From: Elainellaceae cyanobacterium
Lineage (GTDB): Bacteria; Cyanobacteriota; Cyanobacteriia; CAZCXK01
Reading direction: 5' to 3'
NCBI GenBank assembly: GCA_051117555.1
Contig: JBNPEG010000157.1
Coordinates: 1-10,255 of the forward strand
DNA length: 10,255 nucleotides
Shown in pieces: positions 7,649 through 10,255 of this stretch. Position numbers and translations under genes: made by a program. The notes below the pieces were generated by a model. It ran no database searches. It saw only the letters and a list, made by a program, of their open reading frames with translations, and was not told the DNA's origin. The stretch's first letter is position 1, and the number at the start of each line of letters is the position of its first letter.

Positions 7649-8704
7649 ATGAGGAGACTCAAGCTAGTGTTTCGTCCGTGGTGGGATGAAAACCCCTACC
7701 AATCTCTACTTGCCGATTCCCTAAACCCGTTAGGTATTCGTATCGATAGCGCTGCTCGCTGGGCTGAAATTGATTTTCTCCATCGTCCAGACGTCGTTCA
7801 TCTGCATTGGTTGCACCCCATCTTTATTGCCCCGAGTTTCCGCAAATCGCTGACGAATGTAGCAAAATTCTTTATCGGACTGATTGTGTTGAGGTTACTC
7901 GGCACCAAGATTGTGTGGACTGCGCACAACCTCAAAGACCATGACAACCATAGCCCCCTGATGGATCGACTGTGCACTGGGCTGGTCGTGCATCTTGCCC
8001 ATGGTGTGATTGCTCATGGTGAGACAGCGCGGCAAACGATCATTCGCACCTTTCATCCGTGGAATCCTAATAAAATATTTGTCGTCCCCCACGGAAATTA
8101 CATCGAGTGCTACGACAATACGATTTCCCCGACTCAGGCTCGCCATCAGCTGGGGTTGCCAGAGTCGGATGTGGTGTTTCTATTCTTGGGAGCAATCCGA
8201 CCCTACAAGGGGGTATTAGAGCTGATTGCGGCGTTTAGGCAGTTAAACTGCCCGACCGCGACGCTGGTAATCGCAGGAAAGCCTTTTGATCAGGATACAT
8301 CAGAGCAAATTGAGCAGGCGATCGCCGACCAACCCACCATCAAGTTTATTCCAGGGTTTGTCCCCGATGAGCAAATTCAGGTTTACATGAATGCCTGTGA
8401 CGTGACGGTGTTTCCCTACCGAAACATTCTCACATCAGGCTCAGTCTTGCTTGCCATGTCATTTGGACGAGCCTGCATTGCACCTCGCCAAGGATGCATC
8501 ACCGAAACCCTCGACGAATCAGGAGCATTGCTCTATGACCCCGACGAAAATTCGGGATTATTGAATGCGATGAAGCAAGCGGTTCAGCGACGCTCTGAGC
8601 TGTCTCAGATGGGTTCTCATAATCGTCAGCAAGCTGAAGCGTGGAGTTGGAACCGGATTGCGCAACTGACATTCGACGTGTATCGCAATTGTATGCATCG
8701 GTGA
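7649..8704 (+). CDS. Glycosyltransferase family 4 protein
   Basis: Motifs ENPYQSLL, DVVHLHW, IVWTAHNL..H, VVPHGNY, FLGAIRPYKG, LVIAGK and FPYRNILTSGSVLLAMSFG. It starts 1 nt after the upstream stop. Confidence 0.9.
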   Translation: MRRLKLVFRPWWDENPYQSLLADSLNPLGIRIDSAARWAEIDFLHRPDVVHLHWLHPIFIAPSFRKSLTNVAKFFIGLIVLRLLGTKIVWTAHNLKDHDNHSPLMDRLCTGLVVHLAHGVIAHGETARQTIIRTFHPWNPNKIFVVPHGNYIECYDNTISPTQARHQLGLPESDVVFLFLGAIRPYKGVLELIAAFRQLNCPTATLVIAGKPFDQDTSEQIEQAIADQPTIKFIPGFVPDEQIQVYMNACDVTVFPYRNILTSGSVLLAMSFGRACIAPRQGCITETLDESGALLYDPDENSGLLNAMKQAVQRRSELSQMGSHNRQQAEAWSWNRIAQLTFDVYRNCMHR

Positions 8705-8716
8705 TGAATCCGTCCT

Positions 8717-9637
8717 ATGAATGCACCCCATCCTCCATTGGTTACTATCATTATTCCGGTCTTTAACGACTCTGAACGGTTGAAGCTGTGCTTGAATGCC
8801 CTTGAACAGCAGACCTATCCTAAAGACCGATACACCGTTTTAGTCGTTGATAATGCCTCAGATGAAGATATTGAGGCAGTTGTCAGCCAATTTCCGCAGG
8901 CGATCGCCACCCATGAAAGTCGTCCTGGCTCTTATGCGGCACGAAACAAAGGAATTGCGATCGCTCGCGGCGACATTATAGGATTCACAGATGCCGACTG
9001 CATTCCTGCCCCTGACTGGATTGAGCACGGCGTTGCGCATCTGCTAAAAACGCCTCATTGCGGTCTGGTGGCTGGACGGATTACCTTCTTCTTTCGCGAC
9101 CCCGATCGCCCAACGCCCGTTGAACTCTACGACAACCTGAAGCTAGGGCTTGATCAGCAAAAATTCTTAGAAGATTCACACTATGGTGCTACGGCAAACC
9201 TGTTTACCTTCAAACACGTCATCGATCAGGTCGGCGGTTTTAACGACACTCTCAAATCAAGTGGCGATCGCGACTGGGGACAACGAATATTTTCTGCCGG
9301 ATATCAGCAAATCTACGCTGAAGATGTTTGCATCACTCATCCAGCGAGGTATTCCTGGGGCGACCTCCGCAAAAAAGTGATCCGCCTAATCGGGGGACAT
9401 CAAGACCTCAAGCGCAAACGCGGGCAATCGACCCTGCAAATGGCGATCGAAGTCTTTAGTTCATCCATCAAAGACATCCTTCCACCCTTTCGGATGTATT
9501 ACTACATCTGGTCATACGACAGCCTCAAAACCAATAAGCAACGGCTTCAGTTCACCGCTGCCATGATGTATGTCCGATATGTCAGAGCGTGGGAGCGAAT
9601 CCGCCTGTTTATGGGGGGTGCATCAACTCGCGGGTAA
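8717..9637 (+). CDS. Glycosyltransferase family 2 (GT-A fold) protein
   Basis: Motifs VTIIIPVFN, QQTYP, VVDNASD, GSYAARNKG, DxD motif FTDADC, GATANL, VGGFN and SGDRDW. Confidence 0.93.
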   Translation: MNAPHPPLVTIIIPVFNDSERLKLCLNALEQQTYPKDRYTVLVVDNASDEDIEAVVSQFPQAIATHESRPGSYAARNKGIAIARGDIIGFTDADCIPAPDWIEHGVAHLLKTPHCGLVAGRITFFFRDPDRPTPVELYDNLKLGLDQQKFLEDSHYGATANLFTFKHVIDQVGGFNDTLKSSGDRDWGQRIFSAGYQQIYAEDVCITHPARYSWGDLRKKVIRLIGGHQDLKRKRGQSTLQMAIEVFSSSIKDILPPFRMYYYIWSYDSLKTNKQRLQFTAAMMYVRYVRAWERIRLFMGGASTRG

Positions 9638-9958
9638 TCAAGGGGCGATCGCGATGGCAATCATTGCTGTGCGCGCCATGCCAATTCTCGATTGTGGATT
9701 TCTGATGGACAGGCACAAGCCCTGATTGGCTTCTCGCCTGTTTACCTGTAGCCCTACTTCGAAGAATTGGTATTACATATCGCTTGCGAAACGCAGGTTT
9801 CAAAATTTCCAGTTTTGCAGGAGTCCGCTTAGGGGTACCTTGTAGAGCATTCCAATTGTGTGCAAACCCTTTTGCCCTTAAGACTGCTTCTCTATCGCTC
9901 GCAGTGACTCTCGGATCTGATTGACTGACAAAACTTACCAGAACCCAGACCATTCAAA

Positions 9959-9981
9959 GGGTCAGGTTACCTGACCCCTAC
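9959..9981 (-). repeat. GTAG-type REP-like hairpin 1, inside the MITE
   Basis: The minus strand reads GTAG-GGGTCAGG-TAA-CCTGACCC: a GTAG foot, an 8-bp perfect stem and a 3-nt loop. Confidence 0.75.
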
Positions 9982-9996
9982 ATTGTCCGAAATTCC

Positions 9997-10019
9997 GTAG
10001 GGGCGAGGAAACCTCGCCC
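9997..10019 (+). repeat. GTAG-type REP-like hairpin 2, inside the MITE
   Basis: The plus strand reads GTAG-GGGCGAGG-AAA-CCTCGCCC: a GTAG foot, an 8-bp perfect stem and a 3-nt loop. It lies 15 nt from hairpin 1 in the opposite orientation. Confidence 0.75.
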
Positions 10020-10078
10020 AATGCAGAATCTTTTGTCAGTCAATCAGCTCTCGGATAGTCATCTCGAATGCTGTTCTA

Positions 10079-10106
10079 GTCATTGCGAACGCCGTGAAGC
10101 AATCTC
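10079..10106 (+). repeat. Possible GTCATTGCGA...GAAGCAATC-type short palindromic repeat unit
   Basis: GTCATTGCGAACGCCGTGAAGCAATCTC has ATTGC (10082-10086) and GCAAT (10099-10103) arms. From memory it resembles a widespread intergenic repeat of the form GTCATTGCGAGCGxAGCGAAGCAATC. There is only one copy in the window. Confidence 0.4.
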
Positions 10107-10220
10107 TGAATGGCTCATTTGGAATGCCCCCAACAGAGGGCGTATTTTGCCACTTCAAGAAGCGTTAATCTCTAAATATTAAAGCTTTCATAAATTAACA
10201 GGAATCACTAGGGCAGATAT

Positions 10221-10255
10221 ATGAAGATTATTAGAAGCTTAGCCACATCATCAAT
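10221..10255 (+). CDS. Possible 5' end of a downstream gene (MKIIRSLATSS...), truncated by the window
   Basis: ATG at 10221 is open to the window end after an AT-rich stretch. Only 11 codons are visible and there is no strong RBS. Confidence 0.2.
   Translation, partial: MKIIRSLATSS

Larger units (their letters stand above)
645..9652. repeat. Dispersed HIP1 octamers (GCGATCGC), 17 copies
   Basis: Copies start at 645, 817, 1338, 2391, 2629, 3005, 3685, 3886, 5913, 6430, 6654, 7153, 8318, 8900, 8957, 9264 and 9645 (manual count). About 0.16 are expected by chance at equal base frequencies. Confidence 0.92.
9917..10047. mobile_element. 131-bp miniature inverted-repeat transposable element (MITE), probably IS4-family mobilised
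   Basis: Perfect 17-bp terminal inverted repeats: CTGATTGACTGACAAAA (9917-9933) and TTTTGTCAGTCAATCAG (10031-10047). They are immediately flanked by a perfect 9-bp direct repeat CTCTCGGAT (9908-9916 and 10048-10056). No transposase is encoded. The family assignment is inferred from CTGA ends plus a 9-bp duplication, as in IS10/IS50. Confidence 0.92.

Noticed and set aside
744..9380. Short alternative-frame and antisense ORFs in the track (e.g. 2733-3248, 1576-1899, 6220-6573, 5268-5561)
   Set aside because: All lie within or across well-supported genes and have no recognisable motifs. They are shadow ORFs.
645..9652. First and last HIP1 sites start exactly 9000 bp apart
   Set aside because: A numerical coincidence with no mechanistic meaning.
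9638..9916. Intrinsic terminator after the last gene
   Set aside because: I found no GC-rich stem followed by a U-run. The MITE hairpins further on also lack an adjacent U-tract on the + strand.
9609..9953. 114-aa minus-strand ORF downstream of the operon
   Set aside because: Its ATG lies inside the MITE, it reads through the TIR and target duplication, it overlaps the GT2 3' end, and it shows no recognisable motif. Most likely spurious.

Overview
Cyanobacterial DNA, judged from 17 perfect HIP1 octamers (GCGATCGC) counted by eye. It carries a compact, co-oriented 8-gene polysaccharide biosynthesis/modification operon at ~682-9637 (+): GT4, polysaccharide pyruvyl transferase-family protein, GT4, Wzx-type flippase, two PAPS-dependent sulfotransferases, GT4, GT2. 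The gene set implies a Wzx-flipped repeat unit that may be both sulfated and pyruvylated. No Wzy, Wzc/Wza, priming transferase or PAPS-synthesis gene is in the window. The ~680-bp AT-rich upstream region holds a candidate sigma70 promoter, several palindromes and two short tandem repeats. Downstream lies a clean 131-bp MITE (9917-10047) with perfect 17-bp terminal inverted repeats and a perfect 9-bp target duplication; its interior is a pair of divergent GTAG-type REP-like hairpins. A 21-bp piece of that interior recurs exactly, inverted, at 124-144, so the operon is bracketed by a 21-bp inverted repeat ~9.8 kb apart. All calls are from manual reading; no searches were run.
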